A stretch of DNA of 64,000 bases from Armatimonadota bacterium (GTDB lineage Bacteria; Armatimonadota; SYMT01): assembly GCA_041690135.1 (NCBI GenBank), contig JAWLHY010000010.1:1-64000 (forward strand). Direction: 5' to 3'. Shown in pieces: positions 1 through 8,500 of the stretch. The notes below the pieces were generated by a model, which was not told the origin of the DNA, did no database searches, and worked only from the letters and a program-made list of their open reading frames with translations. How positions within the stretch are numbered: the stretch's first letter is position 1; the number at the start of each line of letters is the position of its first letter. A program made the translations under genes and the position numbers.

Positions 1-1
1 T

Positions 2-7
2 TGTCAA
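2..7 (-). promoter_or_regulatory. -35 box (TTGACA) of a probable fifth tandem promoter; its -10 would lie outside the window
   Basis: TGTCAA at 2-7, same orientation as the four complete promoters that follow. Confidence 0.45.
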
Positions 8-39
8 CCCCTCGCGGGGCTCAAAGCATCAGGACCGTT

Positions 40-68
40 ATCTTATCCGATCCTTAACTCGCTGTCAA
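40..68 (-). promoter_or_regulatory. sigma70-type promoter TTGACA-N17-TAAGAT
   Basis: TGTCAA 63-68 and ATCTTA 40-45 with a spacer of exactly 17 bp. Confidence 0.8.
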
Positions 69-141
69 GAAGCTTTTTCGGAAGTTCCTTCCGGCCGGCC
101 TCTTTCCGGCGGCTTCCGGGGTTCCCCCCGTCGGCTCCCGT

Positions 142-170
142 ATCTTACTGGGAGCCTCTCCGGCTGTCAA
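142..170 (-). promoter_or_regulatory. sigma70-type promoter TTGACA-N17-TAAGAT
   Basis: TGTCAA 165-170, ATCTTA 142-147, 17 bp spacer. Confidence 0.8.
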
Positions 171-303
171 GGCGCTTTTTCGCGGGCTCGTTCGAGCGCT
201 ACGCGGGCACCTCTTCTGCCCTGCCGGGGTTTCCTGATCCGCTCTTGCGAGGGACCGGGCTCTCCCGGGGTCCACCCGCCCCAGGAGGCTGGCTGACTTC
301 GGT

Positions 304-332
304 ATCTTACCGGAAGGCGGCGTTGTTGTCAA
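304..332 (-). promoter_or_regulatory. sigma70-type promoter TTGACA-N17-TAAGAT
   Basis: TGTCAA 327-332, ATCTTA 304-309, 17 bp spacer. Confidence 0.8.
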
Positions 333-400
333 CACTTATGTTTTATGTTTTCAACGGTTCCGCCGCGGCTCTTGCGGGCCGCTCCCCTTACGGGACCCGT

Positions 401-429
401 AGAATACTCCAGGGTAATTTGCGTGTCAA
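401..429 (-). promoter_or_regulatory. sigma70-type promoter TTGACA-N17-TATTCT
   Basis: TGTCAA 424-429, AGAATA 401-406, 17 bp spacer. Confidence 0.75.
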
Positions 430-615
430 GAGGATCCTCAACGTGTACCATGGCTGGGGAATGGTCCTAACAATTCAGCACCGCCTTAACGCAGCTTCCG
501 GCGCGCACGGCCTGATCGTTCCTCCCCCACGACCAGCACTTCCTTCCCCAACCTGCCACGGCTCGTGAGGCGCTACCCGAGTGCCGGTGCCCGCGGATTA
601 AAGTGCAATCAGCGC

Positions 616-646
616 ATCCTATCTATCCTGTTCATCCTGTTCCTGT
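616..646. repeat. short 9-mer tandem repeat (ATCCTGTTC-like)
   Basis: atcctatct atcctgttc atcctgttc. Confidence 0.6.
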
Positions 647-682
647 GGGTCCCAGATCCGCATAGCGTAGCGGCCGCTCATA

Positions 683-725
683 AAGAGAAGAGGCCCGCTC
701 CAAAGCCGGAGCGGGCCTCTTCTTC
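683..725 (-). terminator. intrinsic terminator of the RRM gene
   Basis: 15-bp perfect stem gaagaggcccgctcc (687-701) / ggagcgggcctcttc (708-722), 6-nt loop, T-rich tail on the minus strand, about 25 bp after the stop codon. Confidence 0.8.
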
Positions 726-747
726 AGTTCGTATCTACGACTGGGGA

Positions 748-1131
748 TTACCAGCGGCGGCCGCCGCCACCACCCCCGCCGTAACCGCCGCGGCCACCGC
801 CGCCGCCACCGCCGAAGCCACGGCCGCCGCCGCCGAAGCCACGGCCACCGCCGAACCCGCGGCCGCCGCTCCCGCCCCAGGCGTTCACCTCGGGCTTCGG
901 CTTGGCTTCATTCACGGCGATGGCGCGTCCACCCAGTTCCTTGCCGTCCATCGCCTTGATCGCAGCTTCCATCTGATCCGCGGCGATGGTGACGAAGCCG
1001 AAACCCTTGGGGCGGCCGTTGTCGTTGGCCGGAATGGTCGCCTCGGTGGCGCCGTAGGGCGCGAAGGCTTCCTGAAGCTGGGGCTCGGAAATATCAAACG
1101 AGAGGTTGCCAACGAAAAGTCGCTTGGTCAT
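748..1131 (-). CDS. RRM (RNP-1) RNA-binding protein with Gly/Arg-rich tail
   Basis: RNP2 LFVGNL, RNP1 KGFGFVTI, VNEAKP, GGGRG repeats; AGGA RBS. Confidence 0.95.
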   Translation of the reverse strand: MTKRLFVGNLSFDISEPQLQEAFAPYGATEATIPANDNGRPKGFGFVTIAADQMEAAIKAMDGKELGGRAIAVNEAKPKPEVNAWGGSGGRGFGGGRGFGGGGRGFGGGGGGGRGGYGGGGGGGRRW

Positions 1132-1331
1132 AACACGGTCCTTTCCGGCTCTCCCCTGGGGACGAAGCCGTAATCATGGCGACCACCAGATCCCCGGTCG
1201 CATAGGGTCAGAAGGTTCGCGGACAACCGTAAAACAGGAAGCCCTTCCGGCAGGAGTGTAAGCACTCACCGGAAGGGGATAGGTTCCGAGGCGGTAATGC
1301 GTTACGAACTCGATCTGAATTTGCTCTGCAA

Positions 1332-1361
1332 ACTATAACAGTTTTGGTGTCCTATTCGCAA
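1332..1361 (-). promoter_or_regulatory. candidate promoter of the RRM gene (TTGCGA-N18-TATAGT with extended -10 TG)
   Basis: ACTATA 1332-1337, TGT immediately upstream of it on the minus strand, TCGCAA 1356-1361. Confidence 0.5.
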
Positions 1362-1415
1362 CTTGACGGCGGGACACCAACAGGACACATTCCTTCCTGC
1401 GAAGGGCGGATTCCC

Positions 1416-2069
1416 CTACCCCGAGGCAGGGACGAGGAGCAACATCACCACGAAGTGACAGGCGCTTCCTCCCATCACCATGCAGTGCCACAGGTCGTGG
1501 GCACCGAACCGGCCGGGCCAGAGCCGCGGACGTTCTGTGGCAAAGACCACCGCCCCCAGGCTGTAAACCACTCCTCCCGCTACGAGCCAGGCCATGGCCA
1601 TCGGTGACAGGAGTTGGACCAGCGGCACGATGGCAATCAGGCACAGCCAGCCCATGATGAGATAGAGGAGCAGGCAGAGCCAGGGAGGCGCGGCCTTCCA
1701 GGCAAACCGAAGAGTGATTCCGAGAAACGCCAGACCCCACACCACGCCCAGTAAGCTGAAACCCCAGGGCCCGCGCAGAGTCAGAAGGCAAAGCGGCGTG
1801 TACGTGCCGGCGATCAACAAATAGATCGCGGCCTGGTCTACGGCCAACAGGCGTTGCACCCACTTCGGTCCCACGGGCAGCAGGTGGTAAACGGCACTGG
1901 CCAGGTAGAGCGCGATCAGGCTCCCGCCGTAGATCGCGAAGGCGGAAACATGCCACGGGCGACCGCGCGCCAGCCACAACAGTACCACCAACCCCAGCAC
2001 CGAAAGGCCCGCTCCGGCCAGATGTGAAAGGCCGCTGAACGGATCCCGCAGCCGCCACCGTCGCTCCAT
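1416..2069 (-). CDS. hemolysin III / PAQR family membrane protein
   Basis: SHLAG, SAVYH, DQAAIYLLIAGTYTP, HDLWH..V..GSACHF motifs; GGAGG before ATG 2069. Confidence 0.93.
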   Translation of the reverse strand: MERRWRLRDPFSGLSHLAGAGLSVLGLVVLLWLARGRPWHVSAFAIYGGSLIALYLASAVYHLLPVGPKWVQRLLAVDQAAIYLLIAGTYTPLCLLTLRGPWGFSLLGVVWGLAFLGITLRFAWKAAPPWLCLLLYLIMGWLCLIAIVPLVQLLSPMAMAWLVAGGVVYSLGAVVFATERPRLWPGRFGAHDLWHCMVMGGSACHFVVMLLLVPASG

Positions 2070-2273
2070 CCCCACCTCCCCACGTTCCGCCCGGCAGGCA
2101 GGCAGAGAAACATGCTGAAGGTATGATAACGGCTTCCCCCTACCTACGCCACAAACCGCCGTCGGGATCGAGTTAACCCTCCGTTAAGCCTGGGACAGGC
2201 TCCCGATAAGGCCCTGGCAGAAAAGTACCAGCAGAGGCCGGGACGCTCTCTGTTCCTTCGAACCCTCAAAACC

Positions 2274-3548
2274 GTGAAAGTTCTAACCCCTCCCGTCTGG
2301 TCCGCCATCGTGATGGCGACCCTCTTCACCGGCTACGCCGGCTACTACATCTGTCGCTCCAATCTCTCGGTGGTCACGCCTCTCCTGCTCCAGGAGTTCG
2401 GCTCAAACGGGCTCACCAAGGCGGCGATCGGTGGTGTTGCGTCCACCGGCGTCCTCCTGTACGCCCTGGGCAAGATCAGCAATGGCGTGCTGGCGGACTA
2501 TCTCGGGGGAAGGCGACTTTTCCTCTTCGGCATTTTCGCATCAACCCTCTGCACCGTGGCCTTTGGGCTTGCCTCCGGCCTGCTGCTCTTCACGCTGATC
2601 TGGGCGGCCAACCGCTATGTCCAGTCCATGGGCTGGGGTGCCCTGGTGAAGATCGCTGCCCGCTGGTATCCCGTCCACCGGCACGCCACGGTGATGGGCT
2701 TCCTGTCCATGAGCTACCTGCTTGGCGACGCGTTCGCGCGCTGGTACCTCGGCGGCTTTATCAACGGTGGGGTCGGCTGGCGGGGGCTGTTCTTCATTGC
2801 GGCCGGGACTTTTGCCGCCATCGGACTTATCGCCTCCTTAACCCTCAAGCAGAGTCCGCGGGAAGTCGGCGGCGAGGAGCCGGGGGTGAACCCCCGGAAC
2901 GTCTTCGGTTCGGAAGGCGACTCTCTCCATCCGGGCAGCCTGCGTACCCTGCTGGGACCACTGGCCCGCAGTCCCCTCTTCTGGTGCGTGTGCGCGATGA
3001 ACGTGGGGCTGACCCTCATCCGGGAGACGTTCAACTTCTGGACTCCCACCTACCTGACGGAAGCGGCGGGGATGAGCGCGGGTATCGCGGCGCAGTCCAG
3101 CCTGTTCTTCCCGCTGGTGGGGGCGATCTCATCCGCGGTGGCCGGACGCGTTTCGGACTACCTGAACGGCCGTCACGGTCGCGTCATGCTTCCGGCGATG
3201 GCGCTCCTCATCACGGCCCTGGTGTTCCTGGCGGTCACCCCCGGTAAGATCGGCGGAACCACGGCGTTGGCGCTCATCGGGCTGGTGGCTCTCGGCCTGC
3301 TGGCGCCCTACAGTTTCCTCTCGGGCGTCATCGCGCTCGACCTGGGCGGAAAGCGGGGAGCTTCCACCGCATCCGGTTTGATCGATAGTGCCGGATACAT
3401 GGGAGCGGTGCTATCCGGTTTCGGCGTGGGCGCCGCCGCAGAGCGGTGGGGTTGGCCGGTAGCCTTCGGACTGCTGGCGGTCGTGGCGGTCCTGACCGGG
3501 CTGGCGGCCATCGCCTACTGGGTCCTCGATGAAAGGAGCGCGAAGTGA
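2274..3548 (+). CDS. MFS transporter, GlpT/UhpT (OPA)-like
   Basis: YAGYYICRSNLS (GlpT-like TM1), GVLADYLGGRR motif A, QSMGW, 12-TM pattern; start uncertain. Confidence 0.85.
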   Translation: MKVLTPPVWSAIVMATLFTGYAGYYICRSNLSVVTPLLLQEFGSNGLTKAAIGGVASTGVLLYALGKISNGVLADYLGGRRLFLFGIFASTLCTVAFGLASGLLLFTLIWAANRYVQSMGWGALVKIAARWYPVHRHATVMGFLSMSYLLGDAFARWYLGGFINGGVGWRGLFFIAAGTFAAIGLIASLTLKQSPREVGGEEPGVNPRNVFGSEGDSLHPGSLRTLLGPLARSPLFWCVCAMNVGLTLIRETFNFWTPTYLTEAAGMSAGIAAQSSLFFPLVGAISSAVAGRVSDYLNGRHGRVMLPAMALLITALVFLAVTPGKIGGTTALALIGLVALGLLAPYSFLSGVIALDLGGKRGASTASGLIDSAGYMGAVLSGFGVGAAAERWGWPVAFGLLAVVAVLTGLAAIAYWVLDERSAK

Positions 3549-4078
3549 GTAGCCGGTCCCGCTCCCCGGTCCATACAGGAGGGCCCCAGGGAAGTATGAA
3601 CGCCAATCCCGGGTTCTGACTCGAGGGTCGCTAGGTTACCGGACGCCAGTCCGGGGTTCGGGTACGGTGGTCGCAAGGGGGAACCGGACTTCGTCGGGAC
3701 TCCCGTCCCGCACTGGGTATGAAGATGGTTCGCCTCCTCACCCGCCACGGACGAGCGCCTACCTCCGGCGCCGAAATCAATTAAACCCGAGAGGTCATTC
3801 CGGACCGGCTCATAGCAACGCAACTTCAGTTCCGGCCGGTAGCAGCCCGGGGCCCCTCGCGAACCGGCACTTTGGTGTTTGGATGTCGGCAAGAACGGTC
3901 AGAGTCACTTACCGCGGCCTACTATTCCGGGCCCCTGCCTGGGAAAGCGTTCCCATCCCGCGCCGCGGCAGCGACCCACACTCTGACGCGCCGGCGTAGG
4001 TCGCGGCGACCGATCTATCCTGTCCGAATGGGGTAAGTTCGGTTGCGTTCGCCGCGCGTCCAACTCACGGAGGAAGCC

Positions 4079-5773
4079 ATGCGAGCCGGATATGCAGTTC
4101 TGGCCCTCGCCGCCGTGATGGCGGGCCCACTCTCGGTTCCCGTCCACCCGATTTCCGCGGCTGATCCCGCAACAACTCCCGCGCCTGCCCGACCAAGTGG
4201 GGGCGCCCCCTTGTTCGAGGACCTGGGTAACCATCAGCACCCGATCACGACCCGGTCACCGCAGGCGCAGCGCTATTTCAATCAGGGGTTGATCCTCGCC
4301 TATGGATTCAACCATCAGGAAGCCAAGCGGTCGTTTGAGGAGGCGGCCCGCCTCGACCCGGACGCCCCCATGCCGTATTGGGGCATCGCTCTGGTCCAGG
4401 GGCCCAACATCAACCGGCCCATGCCGCCGGAGCACGTTCCACTCGCATGGGATGCCCTCCAGAAGGCACGGGCCCGGATGCAGAACGGAACGGCGAAAGA
4501 ACGTGCTTACATCGAGGCGCTCACCCGCCGCTATAGCCCGGAAGTGGTGGAGGATCGTAGCTCGCTCGACCGGGCCTATGCCGAGGCGATGCGCGGGGTT
4601 TACGATCGGTATCCCGACGACACGGACGCGGCTACGCTCTACGCCGAGGCGATGATGGATACGATGCCGTGGAACTACTGGACCTCCGACTTGAAACCCC
4701 GGCCCGGCACGCAGGAACTCCTGGCCGCGCTGGAGCGGGCGATGGAGCGCGAGCCGTATCATCCCGGCACCACGCATCTCTATATCCATGCGGTGGAGTC
4801 CGGACCGAACCCGGAACGGGGTCTGGCCGCAGCGGATCGCCTGCGCAACTCGGCGCCTAGAACGGGGCATCTGATCCACATGCCGGGCCACATCTACCTG
4901 CGCCTGGGAATGTATCAGTTAGCCTCACTCGCCAACGAAAGGGCGGTGGAGGCGGACGAGGCCTATATCGCGAGTTGTCGAGTGCAGGGGTTCTACCCCA
5001 TCACCTACTACCCTCATAATCACCACTTCCTGTGGTACTCCACCATGATGGAAGGCCGCAGCGCGGACGCATTGAAGGCCGCGCGCGAGATCACGCGCCA
5101 GTTAACCGACGCGCACCCCGAAGGCGAGCGACTCCGTCCGGTCGCGCTGTTCACCCTGGTTCGTTTCGGCCGCTGGGACGACGCACTCCGGGAACCCTTG
5201 CCTCAAGGAAGCTCCCCCTATGTACGCGGCATGTGGCACTATGGCCGGGGACTGGCCTACGCCGCTCGGGGAGAACACGACCGAGCCTCCGCCGAGGCGA
5301 ATGCCCTGGCGAGCCTGGTCAATAGCCCGGAAGGCAGGGCGATGGAGCAGCCGAACGTCTTCGGCCACAGCCAACTCCGGATCGCGCACGAAGTGCTGGA
5401 AGGAGAACGGGCTGGCGCACGCGGCCAGCACACGGAGGCGGTTCAACACCTGCAGCGGGCGGTGGAGTTGCAAGATGCCCTTCCCTACATGGAGCCGCCC
5501 TACTGGTACTATCCGGTCCGGCAGTCGCTCGGGCGTGCCCTTCTGGATGCAGGCCGGCCGCGGGATGCGGAAGTTGTCTTCCGTGAGGACCTGCGCCGGC
5601 ATCCGATGAACGGCTGGGCGCTTCACGGGCTGGCGCAGAGCCTGCGTGCGCAGGGCAAGGAGGAAGTCGCCGCGGAAGTGGACCGGCAGTTCCGGCACGC
5701 GTGGCTCCGCGCCGACTTTGGGAACGAGTACGTCACTCGCGGCCCGGAAGTCGCAAGCGGCCGTGCGAATTAA
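4079..5773 (+). CDS. exported TPR-repeat protein with conserved His motifs
   Basis: signal peptide, TPR patterns, HLYIHAVE and GHLIHMPGHIY; GGAGG RBS before ATG 4079. Confidence 0.85.
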   Translation: MRAGYAVLALAAVMAGPLSVPVHPISAADPATTPAPARPSGGAPLFEDLGNHQHPITTRSPQAQRYFNQGLILAYGFNHQEAKRSFEEAARLDPDAPMPYWGIALVQGPNINRPMPPEHVPLAWDALQKARARMQNGTAKERAYIEALTRRYSPEVVEDRSSLDRAYAEAMRGVYDRYPDDTDAATLYAEAMMDTMPWNYWTSDLKPRPGTQELLAALERAMEREPYHPGTTHLYIHAVESGPNPERGLAAADRLRNSAPRTGHLIHMPGHIYLRLGMYQLASLANERAVEADEAYIASCRVQGFYPITYYPHNHHFLWYSTMMEGRSADALKAAREITRQLTDAHPEGERLRPVALFTLVRFGRWDDALREPLPQGSSPYVRGMWHYGRGLAYAARGEHDRASAEANALASLVNSPEGRAMEQPNVFGHSQLRIAHEVLEGERAGARGQHTEAVQHLQRAVELQDALPYMEPPYWYYPVRQSLGRALLDAGRPRDAEVVFREDLRRHPMNGWALHGLAQSLRAQGKEEVAAEVDRQFRHAWLRADFGNEYVTRGPEVASGRAN

Positions 5774-5830
5774 GGTTCGAACCGGCCACTCGCGCGGGCA
5801 GACCTCTCACGGGAGGTCTGCCCGGTGCCC

Positions 5831-7207
5831 ATGAAGACAATCATCGAGCCGTTCCGGATCAAGATGGTGGAGCCGATCCGGATGACGACACCGGAAGAGC
5901 GGGAAGCCTGTCTCCGGGCCGCCGGCTACAACGTTTTCTTGCTGCACGCCGACGATTGTCTGATCGACCTCCTCACCGATAGCGGCACCTCGGCAATGAG
6001 CTCCGAGCAGTGGGCGGCCGTGATGCGCGGCGACGAGTCTTATGCGGGGAGCAAGTCGTTCTACCGCTTTGAGGAGCGGGTCCGCGATGTTTTCGGCTTC
6101 CGCTACGTGCTTCCCACGCACCAGGGGAGGGCCGCGGAGCGGATCCTTTTCTCCGTCACGTGCCGCAAGGGGCACGTCGTCCCGAACAACACCCACTTTG
6201 ACACGACCCGCGCCAACATCGAATACGTGGGCGCCGAAGCGATCGACCTGGTGATTCCGGAAGGCAAGATCCCTTCGGCGCGGCACCCCTTCAAGGGGAA
6301 CATGGACCTGGCCCGCCTGGAGGCGGTGATCAGCGAAGTCGGGAAAGACCGAGTCCCGCTGGTGATGTTGACGGTCACCAATAATTCCGGTGGCGGACAG
6401 CCGGTGTCGATGGCCAACCTCAGGCAAGTCTCCGCGCTCTGCCGCTCGCACGGGATCCCCCTCTATCTGGATGCCTGCCGCTTTGCCGAGAACGCTTACT
6501 TCATCAAGCTGCGGGAGGAAGGCTTCGCTGACCGTACACCTCTGGAAATCGCCCGCGAGATGTTCTCCTATGCGGACGGCTGTACGATGTCGGCAAAGAA
6601 GGATGGTCTGGCCAACATCGGTGGATTCCTGGCCACCAACGATCCTTCTCTGGCGGAACAGGAGAAGAACCTGCTGATCCTCACGGAGGGCTTCCCCACC
6701 TATGGGGGCATGGCCGGCCGCGACCTCGATGCCATCTCTGTGGGCCTGGACGAGGTTCTTCACGAGGATTACCTGGGATACCGCATTGCCTCGGTGAGCT
6801 ATCTTGGAAACCACATCGCGCGGGAAGGCGTGCCCATCGTGCAGCCTCCCGGTGGTCATGCTGTCTATATCGATGCCGCCGCCTTCTTCCCGCATATCCC
6901 CCCGCAGGAGCTGCCGGGACAGGCCCTCGTCGTGGAACTTTACCGGGAGGCCGGAATACGGGCGGTCGAAATCGGCACCGTGATGTTCGGGCGTCGCGTC
7001 CCCGATACCGGCGAGGAGTTGCCTGCTTCCATGGAGCTGGTTCGACTGGCCGTACCGCGCCGTGTCTACACCCAGAGCCACATGGATTATGTGGTGGAGG
7101 CGATCCTCAACGTCTGGCGCCGGCGCGAGACAACCCGGGGCTACCGTATCGTAGACCAGGCGCCCTTCCTGCGCCACTTCACCGCGCGTTTTGCGCCTTT
7201 GCCTTGA
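5831..7207 (+). CDS. tnaA: tryptophanase (PLP beta-eliminating lyase)
   Basis: DLLTDSGT, THQGR, SAKKD PLP lysine; FDTT and C-terminal LRHFTARF fit tryptophanase rather than tyrosine phenol-lyase (FTTT / LRFFTARF). Confidence 0.88.
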   Translation: MKTIIEPFRIKMVEPIRMTTPEEREACLRAAGYNVFLLHADDCLIDLLTDSGTSAMSSEQWAAVMRGDESYAGSKSFYRFEERVRDVFGFRYVLPTHQGRAAERILFSVTCRKGHVVPNNTHFDTTRANIEYVGAEAIDLVIPEGKIPSARHPFKGNMDLARLEAVISEVGKDRVPLVMLTVTNNSGGGQPVSMANLRQVSALCRSHGIPLYLDACRFAENAYFIKLREEGFADRTPLEIAREMFSYADGCTMSAKKDGLANIGGFLATNDPSLAEQEKNLLILTEGFPTYGGMAGRDLDAISVGLDEVLHEDYLGYRIASVSYLGNHIAREGVPIVQPPGGHAVYIDAAAFFPHIPPQELPGQALVVELYREAGIRAVEIGTVMFGRRVPDTGEELPASMELVRLAVPRRVYTQSHMDYVVEAILNVWRRRETTRGYRIVDQAPFLRHFTARFAPLP

Positions 7208-7555
7208 CCTGTGGGGCCGCATTGCTCCTGGTCGGCCCGTTTAACCCGGTCAGCTACGGTACTGGCACCGGGAACAGATCGTGCAATGCGGCGGCGAGCC
7301 GTAGTGGACGCAAAGGAACGTTCCCCTGGCGTTACACGAAGCGGACTACTGGGCTCCACCGAAGATGGCATTCGTCTCTACAATCTCAATATGGAACTTG
7401 ACCGCCTGTGTGTTAGAATGGCTGCCGGCCGGCTTTCCGCTTGTTCGGAAGCCGAATCTGGTATTCCGGCGTGCCTGGCGACGACGGGTGTATCGGATGG
7501 CGCGACCGCGGGCAACCGGCGCAACAGTCGCCCGTGAGATACGGCTCCCAACCTT

Positions 7556-8392
7556 ATGCGTCACTGGTATGTAATTGTGTGGCCCACTCAGCAGGCTCCC
7601 CTTGCGGAAGCGCGCGAGTGGGCGACGGATCTGGCGACGGCTTTGAACCTCCAGGAGGAGAAGGCCTGGGGCCTGGTCCTGGCGGTCAGCGAACTGCTGG
7701 CGTTAGCTCTCGCTACTTCCCTCGCCCCGGGTCAACCCCTGCGCCTTTCCGGCGAAATCACCGACGGTACCCTCCGGATCGTGCTGACATGGGAAGGTGA
7801 CGACCTTCCGGGCGAGCGCGCCGATGGATCGCCGCTGGCCAGGCGTGCCGATCAGCGGCGCTACCTGATCGAAGAATGCGTGGATCACTGGTACCTGGAC
7901 CAAAGCGGCCCTATTCGATCCGCCATCCTGGAAATTCAAGTGCATCCGGGTGAAGTGGAGCGACCCGCTCCCTCGTTGGCGCTTCCACTAATGCCCTGGA
8001 TCGACCTGGCCTGGTACCGCCGGCGGGAGCGGTCCCGGGTCTTGATCGTCGAGGATGACGATCTCCTGCGGGATACCCTGTCCGAGTTACTGGCCGAAGC
8101 CGGTTACGCCGTGGCGGAAGCTCGCCACGGAGGCGAAGCCCTACGCAAGCTGTCTGCGGGACTCAATCCGGACCTGATCCTGTTGGACCTGATGATGCCG
8201 GTAATGGATGGCTGCCAGTTTCTGCGGGCCACGCAGAGTGATCCCGCGCTCGCGCTGACGCCGATAGTTGTGCTGAGTGCCGCTTCCCGCAACGAAGAGG
8301 CGCTGGCCGGGGTGGTCGCATTCCTTCCGAAACCGTGCGATGACCGGAGGCTGCTGCAAGCCGTCTCCCGGTGGTGCCCGCCCGCCCGTTAA
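7556..8392 (+). CDS. degenerate RsbW/HATPase_c-like domain fused to a receiver domain
   Basis: LVLAVSEL helix in the N-terminal half; VLIVEDD, LLDLMMPVMDG, LSA and KP in the C-terminal REC. Confidence 0.8.
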   Translation: MRHWYVIVWPTQQAPLAEAREWATDLATALNLQEEKAWGLVLAVSELLALALATSLAPGQPLRLSGEITDGTLRIVLTWEGDDLPGERADGSPLARRADQRRYLIEECVDHWYLDQSGPIRSAILEIQVHPGEVERPAPSLALPLMPWIDLAWYRRRERSRVLIVEDDDLLRDTLSELLAEAGYAVAEARHGGEALRKLSAGLNPDLILLDLMMPVMDGCQFLRATQSDPALALTPIVVLSAASRNEEALAGVVAFLPKPCDDRRLLQAVSRWCPPAR

Positions 8393-8500
8393 GGTAGGTG
8401 CAACACTTCCCTCGCGGTCCATCCGACGTAGCATCGGGCACAGGACATCAGGGCTCCCCAACCAGGGATTGGAAAGCGAAGCCACAAGCCTAACGACCCA

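Noticed and set aside
1-430. CRISPR-like or coding interpretation of the recurring TATCTTA...TGTCAA motif
   Set aside because: Only the two hexamers at fixed 17-bp spacing are conserved and the period is irregular, which fits promoters; the overlapping ORFs look spurious.
565-1173. 202-aa plus-strand ORF and other long antisense ORFs (5807-7222, 41060-42490, 52093-53667, 54512-55768)
   Set aside because: Shadow frames of well-supported genes in high-GC DNA; no motifs of their own.
3660-3860. Cobalamin riboswitch-like GGGAA-CCGG...CCCGCACTG in the 500-bp intergenic region
   Set aside because: No recognisable B12 box or other conserved elements, and the downstream gene is unrelated; an Infernal search against the Rfam cobalamin models would settle it.
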